The notes beneath the pieces were generated by a model. It did not search any database. It saw only the letters and a list, made by a program, of their open reading frames with translations, and was not told where the DNA came from. Positions 62,561-64,000 of a DNA stretch of 64,000 nucleotides are shown piece by piece (the stretch's first letter is position 1; every line of letters begins with the position of its first letter). A program made the translations under genes and the position numbers. Origin of the DNA: Macrostomum lignano (taxonomy: Eukaryota); contig NIVC01001606.1 in the NCBI GenBank assembly GCA_002269645.1, positions 1 through 64,000 on the forward strand. Direction: 5' to 3'.

Positions 62561-64000
62561 GACTCCATGAATGGCAACAATGCTATAAGTAGTATTTTCT
62601 TACACTACTGTAAGTAAAAATTGCAGTATCATTAATTAACCAAATAATTTCGAAATAAATTGCATGCGGAAGAGCCCCCCCCCCCCGGGCTGACCCGCTG
62701 GGCCGTTCGGCCGAAATCGTTCGACAACAAGTAGTATTTTCTTCTGTCAAGGTCAAGCCTTTAGCACGGACTGCAATTATTTGTATGATTTTGCACTTCT
62801 CTTTTGTTGCAGGCTCTGAGTTCTCAGCTAACCAGAACTTGAAATTTTGTTTTTAAGTCATTCGGACTCGGACCTCGGGTCGGGATCCCGGGATCCCGGG
62901 ATTTCTGAAACTTTTAAACGGGATCCCGGGATTTCAAAAGCACCGGGATTCCGGGATTTTGAATCCCGGGATTTCAACAGCATCGGGATTTCGGGACTAT
63001 TCAATCCCGGGATTGTAAAATGTCGGGATTTTGGAATCCCTACTCGGCGCCCTGCTGCCATCGGTGCCTGCCTCGCGCCCCTGCCACTTTTGGCACCTGC
63101 CTTGCACCCCTGCCACCTTTGGCGCCCGCCTCGCACCCCTGCCGCCTTTGGCACCCGCCTCGCGCCCCTGCGGTCTTTGGTGCCCGCTCCTCAGCAGCTC
63201 CATGGTCTTTGGCGCTTAGCTTTCGGCGCCTACTCCTTGGCACTCTCGCGGCCTTGGCTACCACCCGATGTTCGGGGCCTAGCTCGGTGCTGGGGGGAGC
63301 TGTGTGGTGGCCAGACTACGCGACCGGCAGCACCAGTGCAGCCGCACTGGAAACCCCCCCACCTCTGTCTAGCTGAGGCGGGGTAGGTGCACGCCAAGCT
63401 AGCCGGCTTGCTAAGCCGGGGGGTTGGCATAGCCAATCACGCCACGCCACCTTTTCACACCTCCCTTGGCCCCTCAATCTTGCATTGTTTGTTATAATCA
63501 TATAAATACATGCGCAACGCAGTGCAGAATCTTCGCTGCCATTCCATCTATTGAACTAATTAAGGCCTTCCACCTCAAATCTAAATTAATCACCTAGTTT
63601 CTTAAAATTCTTCCCTCGCCACACACCTTGACCTTTAACCCTTTTTATGGTTTATAAAGCTACAAAAAGTAAATCATTACAATAAAAATTTAAAAATTTT
63701 AAACATAAACCATTTTAGTTTATGTTGATTCTAGAATAGTCAGTTTCAAAGGTGATATAAACAAGCAGTTTTTGAAATTGCATTTTTTATTTTAATATTG
63801 CATTTTGGCAACAGTGAATAATTACTATATCTATAACAAATTACTTGAACATTTGATGTAGTGTACCTCATTTTTTTATATAGAAAACCTTCCAGTAGGC
63901 CTATACATATTAATTACAAAAACTTTTCTTAGAAAATACTGTATTTGAATTTATGAAAAAAAGAAATTAGTATAGTTTTTGTTTAAATGTTGTGGATGCA

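Larger units (their letters stand above)
58531..63042 (+). mobile_element. Full-length hAT DNA transposon
   Basis: 11-bp TIR TAGGGATTCCA; perfect 8-bp TSD CTCGGCGC (58523-58530 and 63043-63050); subterminal ATCCCGGGAT palindromic repeats at both ends. Confidence 0.95.
57731..63577 (+). mobile_element. Non-autonomous miniature LTR retrotransposon (TRIM-like), about 1.3 kb without the nested hAT
   Basis: LTRs 57731-58003 and 63303-63577 (T[A/G]...CA); 4-bp TSD AATC; PBS TGGTGAGCCCGAC at 58005 (resembles the complement of a tRNA-Trp 3' end); purine tract GGGGGGAG before the 3' LTR; no coding capacity. Confidence 0.85.

Overview
Eukaryotic, repeat-rich animal DNA with GT-AG introns packed with minisatellites. 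The style resembles a free-living flatworm such as Macrostomum, but that is inference, not identification. The main system is a tandemly amplified family of three-exon genes (copy A 20761-25918, copy B 34695-40205). In each, an ankyrin-repeat exon appears to splice in frame onto a Mab-21/cGAS-like nucleotidyltransferase (cGLR) plus an unknown C-terminal domain, giving predicted proteins of 1131 and 1302 aa. The ankyrin units have a DNA-invariant scaffold. They vary only at the beta-turn and helix-1 positions that are randomised in DARPin libraries, and they are reshuffled and differ in number between paralogs (10 vs 15 internal units; 2 in an inverted pseudocopy). This looks like a naturally diversifying sensor-cGLR immune receptor family. 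Each ankyrin copy has an RFX X-box upstream. Three otopetrin-like copies (one intact, intronless) are interleaved with these genes. Also present: a 5-exon pyruvate kinase; an RTE-like LINE split into two inverted halves that share one target-site duplication; Gypsy remnants; a frameshifted laminin-G exon in both duplicated units; a tRNA-derived SINE; a miniature LTR element containing an intact hAT transposon that itself contains two MITEs; and more than 20 tandem-repeat arrays, which account for most long ORFs in the track. All gene models were read by eye and have no transcript support.
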